Positions 17,103 through 26,533 of a DNA stretch of 64,000 nucleotides are shown here, piece by piece (positions within the stretch are counted from its first letter, which is position 1; each line of letters opens with the position of its first letter). The notes under the pieces are model-generated. The model made no database searches. It was given only the letters and a program-made list of their open reading frames with translations, and had not been told where the DNA came from. The DNA lies in assembly GCA_043801445.1 (NCBI GenBank), contig JAZDMB010000012.1, positions 714 to 64,713 of the forward strand, read 5' to 3'. This DNA is from Planctomycetota bacterium (GTDB lineage Bacteria; Planctomycetota; MHYJ01; JACQXL01). The position numbers and the translations under genes were made by a program.

Positions 17103-18119
17103 TTAAGAAAAGAGCATTACGATTTTAGTAGTCAGATAGGCAATCAATCCGCAACAGGGGAAGGTAAGAATCCAGGCAAAGACCATCTGACCGGAGACGC
17201 CCCAGCGGACTGAGGATAGACGTTTAGTAGCACCCACGCCCATTATTGCCGTATTGATGGTATGGGTGGTGGAAAGGGGTATACCCAGACGCGAGGCTAT
17301 TTCAATGGTCACAGCTGCAGCAGTCTCAGCCGCAAAGCCATTCACCGGCTCCAACCTGGTTATCTTGAATCCCATCGTCTTCATAATTTTCCAGCCTCCG
17401 AAGGCAGTGCCGATAGCCATTGTCATGGCACATAGAATGATAATCCAAATAGGAACATGGAATCCCTGGCTTTTGAATACATCCATTGGAATCACACCAC
17501 CCAAGGCTAGAGCCAGCGCGAACACTCCGATAAATTTTTGGCCGTCGTTAGTGCCGTGGCTGAAAGCCATAAAGGCAGAAGAGAAAATCTGGGCTTTACT
17601 GAATATATTTACGCCGGCGCCCCGCTTGATTCTGGCAAAAAGCAGGTAAATCAGGGACATAAGAATAAATGCTCCGATAAATCCGAGGAAGGTGGAAAAT
17701 GCCAGTCCAATTAGGACCTTTTTCCAGCCAGCCCAGAGAAGAACTGATACACCTGTCTTGGCTATGCCCGCGCCGGCAAGCCCGGCAACCAAGGCATGCG
17801 ATTCACTGGTAGGCAATCCGAAATACCAAGCAACGGTGGAGAATATAATAATACCCAGCATGGCTGATCCGATGGTGGTCAGGTTAATCACCGAGGGATC
17901 AACGATGCCTTTGCCTATGGTCATTGCCACGGCCGTGCCAGCCAGCAGAACTCCCATCAGGTTCAAAATCACGGTCATAAATAAAGCCTGAACTGGCGAG
18001 AGTACACGGGTTGATACTACAGTAGCCATAGCATTGGGCGCATCGGTCCAGCCGTTGACAAACTCTGCCCAGAGAATAAGGAGCATGACTATAATTAATC
18101 CGATTGAGATATCAGGCAT
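17103..18119 (-). CDS. PiT-family inorganic phosphate transporter
   Basis: Polytopic membrane protein with N- and C-terminal PiT signatures (WTDAPNAMATVVSTR; FSHGTNDGQKFIG). Overlaps the upstream PhoU-like DUF47 gene, the usual pairing. Confidence 0.9.
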   Translation of the reverse strand: MPDISIGLIIVMLLILWAEFVNGWTDAPNAMATVVSTRVLSPVQALFMTVILNLMGVLLAGTAVAMTIGKGIVDPSVINLTTIGSAMLGIIIFSTVAWYFGLPTSESHALVAGLAGAGIAKTGVSVLLWAGWKKVLIGLAFSTFLGFIGAFILMSLIYLLFARIKRGAGVNIFSKAQIFSSAFMAFSHGTNDGQKFIGVFALALALGGVIPMDVFKSQGFHVPIWIIILCAMTMAIGTAFGGWKIMKTMGFKITRLEPVNGFAAETAAAVTIEIASRLGIPLSTTHTINTAIMGVGATKRLSSVRWGVSGQMVFAWILTFPCCGLIAYLTTKIVMLFS

Positions 18120-18744
18120 ATTTTAGGATAACCCCCTCAATAACATTAGCCACATCTTCGCAGTAATCAATGGCAGTTTCCAAATCTTCATAGATTTCTT
18201 TCCATTTAATGACATTAATAGGATTATTCTTCTCGCGCTCAAAAAGTGAAGTCATTGCCTTACGCAATAATTGGTCTCCTTCATTTTCAACTGTATGAAT
18301 ATTAACACAATGAGATATTGTTTCTTTAGAATTCTTGATATTTCGTAAGCCGGTAATTGCCTGAGTCACGATATCGGTGGCTTTAATCAACAATTCAGCA
18401 AATGACTTGGCTTCAGGAGTAATCTCATCTATTTTATAAAGCGCTAAACGGCCGCTTGCCCCATCCATCAGGTCAAGAACATCATCTAACTTGGTAATGA
18501 GTTCGTGGATATCTTCGCGGTCAATTGGAGTTATAAATGTCTTATTAAGCATTTCTATAGTTTGATGAGTAAGTTCGTCGCCTTGATGTTCAATATCTTT
18601 AATGATACTTACTTTTTCTCCAAGTGATTCAGGGTAGTTTTTCATCAAGTCATCTAATGCCCGGGCGCCGGCTGAAACATTCGCAGATGATTTTTCAAAC
18701 ATCTCGAAGAACGCCTTGTCCTTGGTTACCAGTGAACTAATCAT
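18112..18744 (-). CDS. DUF47 / PhoU-like phosphate-transport accessory protein
   Basis: Helical-bundle protein with the typical start '...KDKAFFEMFEK' and conserved '..ENEGD.L.R', coupled to the PiT gene. Start is uncertain: ATG at 18744 (AAAGGA 8 nt upstream), 18765 or 18783. Confidence 0.8.
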   Translation of the reverse strand: MISSLVTKDKAFFEMFEKSSANVSAGARALDDLMKNYPESLGEKVSIIKDIEHQGDELTHQTIEMLNKTFITPIDREDIHELITKLDDVLDLMDGASGRLALYKIDEITPEAKSFAELLIKATDIVTQAITGLRNIKNSKETISHCVNIHTVENEGDQLLRKAMTSLFEREKNNPINVIKWKEIYEDLETAIDYCEDVANVIEGVILKYA

Positions 18745-18891
18745 ATTTGTTCCTTTCTTGAACATCTGGCGCCGAAGCGCCATGGCGCCCTTATGGCGCC
18801 ACTTTCTTTTAGTTGCTGGAAGTATAAGAAAGATGTGTTAAGGAATTATAAAGAATTTATTAAATCTTGGTGAACCCCGTTAGAAGTGGTA

Positions 18892-20319
18892 TTACGGAAA
18901 TCTGATAGACAACTTGATAGTAAATGTGCTTCCTTGATTGGGTTTGCTTGTGACAGATACCTCGCCTTTGAGGGTCTGGATGATGTGTTTAACAATGGAC
19001 AAGCCCAGACCGGTGCCGCCCATTTCTCGTGAGCGGGATTTGTCCACCCGATAAAACCTTTCAAATACCCGCGAGAGGTCTTCTTCCGGTATACCGATAC
19101 CGTTATCTTCAACAGAGATGATTACATTACCAGCTTCAGATGTTACACTAATTTCAATACGGCCCCCTTCAGACGTATATTTGATGGCGTTATCCACGAT
19201 ATTGTTTATTGCCTTTCTTAATAATTCCGCATCTGTCTGGATAGACGTCATATCCGCCGGTATTTTCTTTGAAACGGTTTGTTTCTTGAGTATGGCAAAT
19301 GGTTCTAAATTATTAAGAACTGAATGAATTATTTCATTTACATCGCAGGTTTTAATCAAGGCAATGTCTTTTTTGTATTCCAGTCGCGAGAGTTCCAGCA
19401 AGTCTTGGACAAGATTATTTAGTTGGTTGACATTGTGGTCAATAATGGCGAGGAATTCCTGCATCTTATCCCAGTCCTCTTTTTTGCCTTCCTTTATGGT
19501 TTCCACATAACCCTTGATAAGCGCCAGTGGTGTGCGCAGTTCGTGCGAGGCATTAGCCACGAAGTCACGTCTGAGCGTTTCGTATTTGCTCGCTTCACTG
19601 AAGAGTTCCCGGAGTTTACTATTCATCAGGTTAATGGCTTCAGCCAGCGCACCGATTTCATCACCTGTCTTGATGGTTATCCGGCGGCTGAAATCTCCCT
19701 TGCTGATTGATTCGGCTACTGAAACCATTTCCTTAACCGGTCTAACTATCCGGCTGACCAGCCAGAACCCCATAACTAAAGCAATCAGTAACGCAAATAT
19801 AAAAGTGATGCCTACGGCATGATAAACCTTATCGATGATAAGCGAAACCTGCCTTAAGGGCAAAGACACGCGAATAATTACATCATCCGGCTTATTATTA
19901 TCGAACGGGATTGCCAAATATATCATATCAATAGCCATCGTGTGACTGTAGCGGATATTCTGCCCTATCTTTTTCTGTCTGGCGCTAAGTACTTCCGGAC
20001 GGTCATTGTGGTTCTCCATCGTGGTGTGGTCATAACCAGAATCCGCCAACACATTGCCATTCTTATCAATCACGGTTATCCTGGTCTGGATGTCTTTGCC
20101 CAGTTCTGTGATATACTCATTGAGTTTATTTGATTCATGAGAGCAATCCCTGATAAAAGCCCGGACCGTATAGGCAGTATTTTCCAGATGCTGGCTGATT
20201 TCATCCCGGTATGATTGGGAGAATTTCTCTATGGTTACGATAGAAAAAAGTCCCAGCGAGGTAATAATCAGCACCAGATATGTAGCAATAAGTTTACGGA
20301 AGAGGCGGTTCTTGAACAT
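18892..20319 (-). CDS. sensor histidine kinase (TM-sensor-TM, HAMP, HisKA, HATPase_c), PhoR-like by context
   Basis: H-box SHELRTPL; N/G boxes (DNAIKYT, DNGIGIP, GGTGLGLSIVKH). The ATG at 20319 (MFKNRLF) is preferred over the TTG at 20331. Confidence 0.9.
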   Translation of the reverse strand: MFKNRLFRKLIATYLVLIITSLGLFSIVTIEKFSQSYRDEISQHLENTAYTVRAFIRDCSHESNKLNEYITELGKDIQTRITVIDKNGNVLADSGYDHTTMENHNDRPEVLSARQKKIGQNIRYSHTMAIDMIYLAIPFDNNKPDDVIIRVSLPLRQVSLIIDKVYHAVGITFIFALLIALVMGFWLVSRIVRPVKEMVSVAESISKGDFSRRITIKTGDEIGALAEAINLMNSKLRELFSEASKYETLRRDFVANASHELRTPLALIKGYVETIKEGKKEDWDKMQEFLAIIDHNVNQLNNLVQDLLELSRLEYKKDIALIKTCDVNEIIHSVLNNLEPFAILKKQTVSKKIPADMTSIQTDAELLRKAINNIVDNAIKYTSEGGRIEISVTSEAGNVIISVEDNGIGIPEEDLSRVFERFYRVDKSRSREMGGTGLGLSIVKHIIQTLKGEVSVTSKPNQGSTFTIKLSIRFP

Positions 20320-20372
20320 ATTGAATCGCAATAAGTATATCTAAGATTCTACCGATATCATATAATTAATCT
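20320..20372 (-). promoter_or_regulatory. 53-bp duplicated upstream region, copy at the histidine-kinase gene
   Basis: ATTGAATCGCAATAAGTATATCTAAGATTCTACCGATATCATATAATTAATCT differs at 3 positions from 21358-21410. The minus strand contains TAGAAT. Confidence 0.4.
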
Positions 20373-20374
20373 TT

Positions 20375-20656
20375 TTATCTTACGCCGTTGACTTTAGCAC
20401 GACAATCTTCAACTACTTCTTTGGGAATCATCTTTAAGGCGATTATAATAAGCATCGGCACAATAACCAAATCATCAAGTTGGCCAAATATCGGGATGAA
20501 ATCCGGAATAATATCAAAGGGAAGAAAGATATAGCCCAGAGCCAGCCAAAGAAATATCTTCGCACGCATTGGTGTCCGTTTGTCTTTCAGGACCAGCCGG
20601 TAAACATGGATTTCTTGTTTCAGTCGCTTTACCGCAGATTTCCATTTACTAATCAT
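20375..20656 (-). CDS. DUF1232 (YkvA-like) small membrane protein
   Basis: Characteristic 'PFDIIPDFIPIFGQLDDL' motif and two hydrophobic helices. Confidence 0.75.
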   Translation of the reverse strand: MISKWKSAVKRLKQEIHVYRLVLKDKRTPMRAKIFLWLALGYIFLPFDIIPDFIPIFGQLDDLVIVPMLIIIALKMIPKEVVEDCRAKVNGVR

Positions 20657-20670
20657 TTATTTTATCCTGA

Positions 20671-21342
20671 TTATGTGAACTTATATCCAACGCCACGGAC
20701 GGTCTCAATGAACGAGCCGGATTTACCGAGTTTTTTCCTGAGTGATGCGATATGAACGTCAATGGTCCGGTCAATGACCATAGCGTCGTCGCCTCGCCCG
20801 GCTGTAATCAGGTCATCGCGTGAAATGACCTGACCCCGGCGGTTAATCAGATACCAAAGTAAGTTAAATTCGGTCTGGGTAAGTTCTATTTTCTTATTTT
20901 TAACCTCAACAGTTCTGCCATTGTAATCAATAGCGATATCGTCCAATTTGATGATGTCCTTAAATTTAGATGGCTCAAATCGGCGCAGAATCGCCTTGAC
21001 CCGTGCCACCATCTCACGCGGGCTGAAGGGCTTGGTGATGTAATCATCAGCGCCCAATTCAAGTCCGAGTATTTTATCTATTTCCTGTGACTTGGCAGTC
21101 AGCATAACGACCGGAATGCGGACGGTTTCTGGTGCGGCTTTAAGCCGTTTGCAAACATCCCATCCATCCATTTTGGGAAGCATAATGTCAAGCAGAATCA
21201 AGTCCGGCTTGTGCTTCTGGGCAATATCCAGTCCCTCAATACCATTCTTGGCGCCAATCACCAGATATCCTTCCTTAGAAAGATGGTGGTCAACCAGTTT
21301 AATCAGGTCTTTCTCGTCATCTATAACCAGAATGGTTTTCAT
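20671..21342 (-). CDS. OmpR/PhoB-family response regulator
   Basis: Receiver domain (ILVIDDE, ...DLILLDIMLP..DG, ...LTAK) plus a winged-helix output domain (LT.TEF.LL..L, ...VRGVGYKF). The ATG at 21342 (MKTILV) is preferred over the TTG at 21357. Confidence 0.92.
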   Translation of the reverse strand: MKTILVIDDEKDLIKLVDHHLSKEGYLVIGAKNGIEGLDIAQKHKPDLILLDIMLPKMDGWDVCKRLKAAPETVRIPVVMLTAKSQEIDKILGLELGADDYITKPFSPREMVARVKAILRRFEPSKFKDIIKLDDIAIDYNGRTVEVKNKKIELTQTEFNLLWYLINRRGQVISRDDLITAGRGDDAMVIDRTIDVHIASLRKKLGKSGSFIETVRGVGYKFT

Positions 21343-21357
21343 AGTTGGGTTCTCCAA

Positions 21358-21410
21358 TTGAATCGCAATAGGTATATCTAAGATTCTACCAGTATCATAT
21401 AATTAATCCT
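21358..21410 (-). promoter_or_regulatory. 53-bp duplicated upstream region, copy at the response-regulator gene
   Basis: The minus strand reads ...TTAATTATATGATACTGGTAGAATCTTAGATATACCTATTGCGATTCAAT, with an extended -10-like TGGTAGAAT. Confidence 0.4.
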
Positions 21411-21412
21411 TT

Positions 21413-21456
21413 GACAAGGGGGACACTCCGTCACGACAAGGGGGACACTCCGTCGG
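21413..21456 (-). promoter_or_regulatory. two perfect 20-bp direct repeats at 22-bp spacing
   Basis: GACAAGGGGGACACTCCGTC at 21413-21432 and 21435-21454, just upstream (minus strand) of the response-regulator promoter copy. Confidence 0.4.
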
Positions 21457-21640
21457 CTGTAACCTACTATTTTCTTCATATTCAAGATGGTTTTATCTTA
21501 AAATCGCCCTCTAATAGTTTGGATATTTTGTTCTCGCAGGACACATAACACTTCTCAAATTATGTTTGTAATCCCTCCACTTCGTTACGGGATAACTGGC
21601 TGTCCCTACGGGACTCCTGCGGTCGTAACGACCGGAGTTT

Positions 21641-21658
21641 ACCCCGCTTAGGCGGGGT
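21641..21658 (-). terminator. GC hairpin immediately after the NfnB-like stop codon
   Basis: ACCCCGC-TTAG-GCGGGGT. Part of a larger mosaic GC-rich element spanning 21577-21660. No U-tract. Confidence 0.3.
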
Positions 21659-21660
21659 CG

Positions 21661-23052
21661 TTAACTGCCAGTAATAAATTTATCAATAGAGCGAGCGGCG
21701 ATTTTGCCCTGCCCCATCGCTTCAATCACCGTGGCGGCTCCGGTTACTATGTCACCCCCTGCATAGACTCCCTTTTTGGTCGTGGCTAATGTCGCAGGGT
21801 CAGCATTGATATTACCCCATTTGTTAAGTTCTATTTCAGGCGTGGCTCTCAAGAGTAGCGGATTAGGTCCGTTGCCGATTGCCATAATTACAGTATCCAC
21901 TTCTATCTCAAATTCGGAACCTTTGATAGGAATGGGTTTACGTCTGCCCGATTCATCAGGCTCGCCTAACTCCATCCTGATAGATTTTATACCGCAGACA
22001 TTGCTGTCTTTTCCTAAAATCTCTACGGGGTTAGTGAGTAATTGGAAATCAATGCCCTCTTCACGGGCGTGATGGACTTCATCTTTTCTGGCTGGTAATT
22101 CGTCATTAGAACGGCGATAGACGATATAGACCTTCTCGGCGCCGAGTCGCAATGCGGTCCGCGCTGAATCCATCGCTACGTTACCACCGCCCACCACCGC
22201 TACTATGCGGCTCTTGATTATCGGGGTATCGTATTCAGGGAATAGATATGCCTTCATCAGATTTACCCGTGTGAGATATTCATTAGCAGAAAATACTCCG
22301 CAGAGATTCTCACCCGAGATATGCATAAAGAGCGGTAACCCGGCACCGGTCCCAACGAATACTGCTTTGAATCCCTCGTTGAACAAATCATCTATAGTGG
22401 CTATCTTACCAATGAGCATATTGAGTTCCACTTTAACGCCTAACATAGAAAGATAATCTACTTCGGCTTGAACAATTGTCTTCGGCAACCTGAATTCAGG
22501 GATACCGTAAACCAGAACACCGGCAGGTTTATGAAGCGCCTCAAATACGGTTACGTCATATCCTTTAAGAACAAGGTCACCGGCACAGGTCAGCCCGGCC
22601 GGACCTGAACCGACCACTGCTATCTTTCTATTCTTCCTTTCAGGGATATCGGGAATTTTAATAGCGTTATTATTGCGTTCAAAATCACTCACGAATCGTT
22701 CCAATGCGCCGATTGATACCGGTTTATCCTTCTTACCAACGATACATACTTTTTCGCACTGGTCTTCCTGAGGACAAACCCGTCCGCAGATTGCCGGCAA
22801 GGCATTAGTTTGTTTTATCTTACGGGATGCTTCAACGAATTTATTCTCACTGATTAATTTGATGAATTCAGGTATAGCAACCTCTACCGGGCAACCCTTG
22901 ACACAAAGAGGTTTCTTGCATTGCAGGCAACGATTTGCCTCTTTGATGGCAATTTCAGGAGTGTATCCAAAAGGTACTTCATTGAAATTCTTAATCCGCT
23001 CCTGCGGTTTTTGTTCCGGCATCTTCTGACGTTCAATCTTTTCTTTTGGCAT
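21661..23052 (-). CDS. NADPH-dependent glutamate-synthase-small-chain-like oxidoreductase (NfnB/SudA-like)
   Basis: N-terminal Cys clusters (CLQCKKPLCVKGCPV..., CGRVCPQEDQCEKVC) and two dinucleotide folds (VVGSGPAGL; VVGGGNVAMD). Paired with an NfnA/SudB-like gene. Confidence 0.88.
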   Translation of the reverse strand: MPKEKIERQKMPEQKPQERIKNFNEVPFGYTPEIAIKEANRCLQCKKPLCVKGCPVEVAIPEFIKLISENKFVEASRKIKQTNALPAICGRVCPQEDQCEKVCIVGKKDKPVSIGALERFVSDFERNNNAIKIPDIPERKNRKIAVVGSGPAGLTCAGDLVLKGYDVTVFEALHKPAGVLVYGIPEFRLPKTIVQAEVDYLSMLGVKVELNMLIGKIATIDDLFNEGFKAVFVGTGAGLPLFMHISGENLCGVFSANEYLTRVNLMKAYLFPEYDTPIIKSRIVAVVGGGNVAMDSARTALRLGAEKVYIVYRRSNDELPARKDEVHHAREEGIDFQLLTNPVEILGKDSNVCGIKSIRMELGEPDESGRRKPIPIKGSEFEIEVDTVIMAIGNGPNPLLLRATPEIELNKWGNINADPATLATTKKGVYAGGDIVTGAATVIEAMGQGKIAARSIDKFITGS

Positions 23053-23120
23053 ATTTAATTCATTTCAGTAAACTGATTAAGCAGATTAATCTGATAAATC
23101 AGCTAAATCCGCTTACTTAA

Positions 23121-23984
23121 TTATTGTTTTTGTGCTTCAATAGCCACGTCTATACAACTCGGACTATGCTGGAATTTCTCAACCGCTGTTTTCTCCTCTT
23201 TAGAATAGGTTTTCAATCGCTTCTGGAGTTCGTCAAAATCCACCTGATGTCCGTCAAATTCAGGTCCATCAACACAGGCAAATTGGGTTTTGCCGCCAAC
23301 CGTTACCCGGCAAACACCGCACATTCCGGTAGCGTCTAACATTATGGGATTGAGACTTACAAATGTTTTTATGTCGTGTGATTTGGTAATGTTGCAAAGC
23401 ACCTTCATCATAGGCACAGGTCCAATCGCTACGACCAAATCAATCTTCTCACCGCGCTTAATCACCTCATTAAGCAAGTCCGATGTAAATCCTTTTCTGC
23501 AATATGAGCCATCATCTGTAGCTATAAGCAATTCATCAGAGACATTACGCATTTCAGATTCAAGAATAAGCAGATTTTTGGAACGGGCGCCGATAATGGA
23601 AATGACCTTATTACCGGCTGATTTCATTGCCTGAGCAATCGGATAGACCGGAGCAATACCGATACCGCCACCGATGCACAAAACTGTTCCATATTTTTCA
23701 ATGTGAGTTGCCTTGCCTAAAGGACCGATTATATCATGGATTTTTTCTCCCGGTTCCATCTTACCCAATTGCATTGTGGATTTGCCGACTGCCTGAAAAA
23801 CTAATGTCAAAGTCCCCTTGACCGGGTCGGCATCACAGATAGTAAGCGGGATTCTTTCCCCTTTTTCATTCAGCCTTAAGACAACGAATTGTCCGGCGCG
23901 TCTAGTGCGGGCTATCTTCGGGGCTTCTATAACCATCTGATAAACACAATCACTGAAAATATCTTTTTTGAGGATATTAAACAT
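23121..23984 (-). CDS. ferredoxin-NADP reductase-like FAD/NAD-binding [2Fe-2S] subunit (NfnA/SudB-like)
   Basis: FNR-like fold (RAGQFVVLR, GGGIGIAP) with a C-terminal Cys cluster (MCGVCRV...FACVDGPEF). Confidence 0.85.
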   Translation of the reverse strand: MFNILKKDIFSDCVYQMVIEAPKIARTRRAGQFVVLRLNEKGERIPLTICDADPVKGTLTLVFQAVGKSTMQLGKMEPGEKIHDIIGPLGKATHIEKYGTVLCIGGGIGIAPVYPIAQAMKSAGNKVISIIGARSKNLLILESEMRNVSDELLIATDDGSYCRKGFTSDLLNEVIKRGEKIDLVVAIGPVPMMKVLCNITKSHDIKTFVSLNPIMLDATGMCGVCRVTVGGKTQFACVDGPEFDGHQVDFDELQKRLKTYSKEEKTAVEKFQHSPSCIDVAIEAQKQ

Positions 23985-24072
23985 TATTTTTATATCGGTT
24001 AAAATATCTTGTTGATTAAGTTATATCTTTTAGAAAGAAAAATGAGCATTGAACATCTTTCATTGCTCATTG

Positions 24073-25539
24073 TTAATTACTCGTTTTTTCAAATGCCCTT
24101 GCTACGCATAAGATAGTTGATTCATCAAAAGGCTTGCCTAATATTTGTAAACCAATAGGAAGATTATTTTTGGTCATGCCATCCCGACTTTCATCGGAAT
24201 TCACCGCTCCACACGGTATAGAAATACCGGGTATGCCGGCGAGATTAGCCGTTACTGTAAAAATATCACAGAGATACATCTTTAACGGGTCATCTATTTT
24301 TTCGCCTATTTTAAATGGAGAAATCGGTGAGGTTGGTCCCATAATCACATCAACCTTTTTAAATGCCTCATCAAAATCCTGCCTTATCAACCTCCGGATT
24401 TTCAAGGCTCTCAGATAATATGCGTCATAATAACCGCTTGAAAGTGCAAATGTGCCTAATAAGATACGTCTTTTTACCTCTTTCCCAAAACCTTCACTGC
24501 GGCTCTTGCTTATCATATCCCTCAATCCCTGATAATCTTTTGCCTGAGAGGTAAAATGGGTGCCATCATACCGCGCCAGATTGGAAGACGCCTCTGATGG
24601 CGCAACTAAATAATATGTAGCAATACCATACCGGGAATGAGGAAGCGATATATCCATTATTTTTAATCCCATCTTCTCGTATGACTTTATTGCCTGATAA
24701 ACGCTTTCTTTAATCCCAGATTCTATTCCTTCAGAGAAATATTCTTTTGGAACACCAATCCTCAGACCCTTGATATCATTATTAATCTCCGTCAGATATT
24801 CAGGGACAGAAGTATTGATTGATGTAGAGTCCTGGTTATCATAACCGGCGATTGTTTGTAAGAGAAGCGCGCAATCTGAAACATTCCCAGTCAGCGGTCC
24901 TATCTGGTCTAATGATGAAGCAAAAGCAATCAACCCATATCGTGAAATAAGCCCGTAGGTTGGTTTGAGCCCGACAATCCCGCAGAACGAGGCAGGTTGC
25001 CTGATAGAACCGCCTGTATCCGAGCCGAGAGCCATAAATGCCATATCAGAAGCAATCGCTGCAGCAGAACCACCGGACGAACCACCAGGCACACGAGATA
25101 AATCGTGAGGATTATGGGTCGGTCCAAACGCAGAATTCTCGCAGGATGAACCCATTGCAAATTCATCCATATTAGTCTTACCAATAATAATACCATCTTC
25201 CTGTTTAATCCGTTTTATTACATAGGCATCGTAAGGAGGTATAAAATCTTTTAGTATTTTAGAAGCACATGTAGTTTTAATGCCATCGGTACAGATATTA
25301 TCCTTAATAGCAATCGGGATACCGGCAAGTAAACCGAGTTTTTGAGACTTTGCTATTTTCTCGTCTATTGCTTTTGCTTGCAGTAATGCCAAATCTTTAG
25401 TCAGCGTTAGATATGCCTTTATTTGCGGTTCAACCGATTCAATATGACTGAATAAATTTTCTACAACCTCTTTTGCCGTAACCTTCTTCTGTGTAATGAG
25501 GTTTTTGATTTCTAAAGCAGTCTGCTTGTATAGTTCCAT
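24073..25539 (-). CDS. gatA: Asp/Glu-tRNA amidotransferase subunit A
   Basis: Amidase signature [10 protein letters not shown]...[12 protein letters not shown]; length 488 aa. Confidence 0.93.
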   Translation of the reverse strand: MELYKQTALEIKNLITQKKVTAKEVVENLFSHIESVEPQIKAYLTLTKDLALLQAKAIDEKIAKSQKLGLLAGIPIAIKDNICTDGIKTTCASKILKDFIPPYDAYVIKRIKQEDGIIIGKTNMDEFAMGSSCENSAFGPTHNPHDLSRVPGGSSGGSAAAIASDMAFMALGSDTGGSIRQPASFCGIVGLKPTYGLISRYGLIAFASSLDQIGPLTGNVSDCALLLQTIAGYDNQDSTSINTSVPEYLTEINNDIKGLRIGVPKEYFSEGIESGIKESVYQAIKSYEKMGLKIMDISLPHSRYGIATYYLVAPSEASSNLARYDGTHFTSQAKDYQGLRDMISKSRSEGFGKEVKRRILLGTFALSSGYYDAYYLRALKIRRLIRQDFDEAFKKVDVIMGPTSPISPFKIGEKIDDPLKMYLCDIFTVTANLAGIPGISIPCGAVNSDESRDGMTKNNLPIGLQILGKPFDESTILCVARAFEKTSN

Positions 25540-25546
25540 TATTTAT

Positions 25547-25604
25547 TGTATGGAATTTCAAAGTTAGCCACGAAGACACAAAGAATTCTTAGTGTCTTTG
25601 TGGC
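25547..25604 (+). repeat. ~60-bp repeat with CACAAAG-word hairpin, copy 1 (downstream of radC)
   Basis: TGTATGGAATTTCAAAGTTAGCCACGAAGACACAAAGAATTCTTAGTGTCTTTGTGGC. Confidence 0.85.
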
Positions 25605-25637
25605 AGATATTTATTTAGTTACCCGTAAGGGCTTAAT

Positions 25638-26339
25638 TTATATAATCTTCTCTGCCTTCATACTAAGACATTTTTCACCACCGATAATAATATGGTCAAT
25701 AACTTCAATGTCAACCAATTTGCCAACCTCTATAAGTCGTTTGGTTATTCTGATATCGTCATCAGAAGGAGCAGAATCACCTGAAGGATGGTTATGAACA
25801 AGGATTACAGAAGCCGCGCTAGCAGAAATTGCCTCCTTAAAGACCTCGCGGGGATGAACCAAACTGGCATCAAGAGTCCCGATAGAAATATTGGCATCTC
25901 GTATAAGACGATTGCGCGTATCAAGCATAATAATAGTAAAATATTCCTTTTTCTTATCACGAAGTTTGTTTTTGACCAGTTTTTCCACAAGTATTTTAAC
26001 ATCATCAGGCGTTTTAATAATCGGTCGGTCTTTCACTTCCGGTTGTTCATCCATACGACGACCGAGTTGTAAAGCCGCCTTAATCTGAGTTGACTTGGCT
26101 AATCCGATACCCTTAATATTAGAAAGTTCTTCTACTGAGGCATTGCTGATTGCTCTGAGACTACCAAATTCCTTGAGGAGTTGTTCGGCAATAGTCAATA
26201 CCGGTCGGTTTTTTGTGCCTCTGCCCATAATTACAGCAAGAAGTTCTATATCCGAAAGCACATCAGAACCATATTTCTGTAAACGTTCACGCGGTCTGGC
26301 TGAAGATGGCCAATCACGAATAGTAAATGATTTCTTCAT
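25638..26339 (-). CDS. radC: RadC-family (JAMM-motif) protein
   Basis: HhH-like N-terminal half (ELLAVIMGRGT...) and the JAMM motif HNHPSGDSAPSDDD. Confidence 0.9.
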   Translation of the reverse strand: MKKSFTIRDWPSSARPRERLQKYGSDVLSDIELLAVIMGRGTKNRPVLTIAEQLLKEFGSLRAISNASVEELSNIKGIGLAKSTQIKAALQLGRRMDEQPEVKDRPIIKTPDDVKILVEKLVKNKLRDKKKEYFTIIMLDTRNRLIRDANISIGTLDASLVHPREVFKEAISASAASVILVHNHPSGDSAPSDDDIRITKRLIEVGKLVDIEVIDHIIIGGEKCLSMKAEKII

Positions 26340-26397
26340 ATGAATAATTCGTATAGCATATCTTATGGATACTCGCCATTATTTTATAATAATTAAT

Positions 26398-26464
26398 CGT
26401 ATGGAATTTCAAAGTATAGCCACCAAGGCACGAAGGCACAAAGAATTCTTAGTGTCTTTGTGGC
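26398..26464 (+). repeat. ~60-bp repeat with CACAAAG-word hairpin, copy 2 (upstream of radC)
   Basis: CGTATGGAATTTCAAAGTATAGCCACCAAGGCACGAAGGCACAAAGAATTCTTAGTGTCTTTGTGGC. Same orientation as copy 1. Confidence 0.85.
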
Positions 26465-26533
26465 GAATTATTATAATTTAATTTTATAAACAATGACTAA
26501 AGAGTATTAAATCACCTGCCGATAAACTAAAGC

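Noticed and set aside
16712-17128. Long ORFs in several frames and on both strands across array 1 (16712-17128, 16779-17066, 16890-17081, 16897-17100, 16655-16861)
   Set aside because: They exist only because the 21-bp unit lacks stop codons. Two 20-bp units shift the phase, so the encoded heptad pattern changes mid-ORF. There is no properly spaced start: the TTG after the SD is followed by TAG, and the GTG lies inside the SD.
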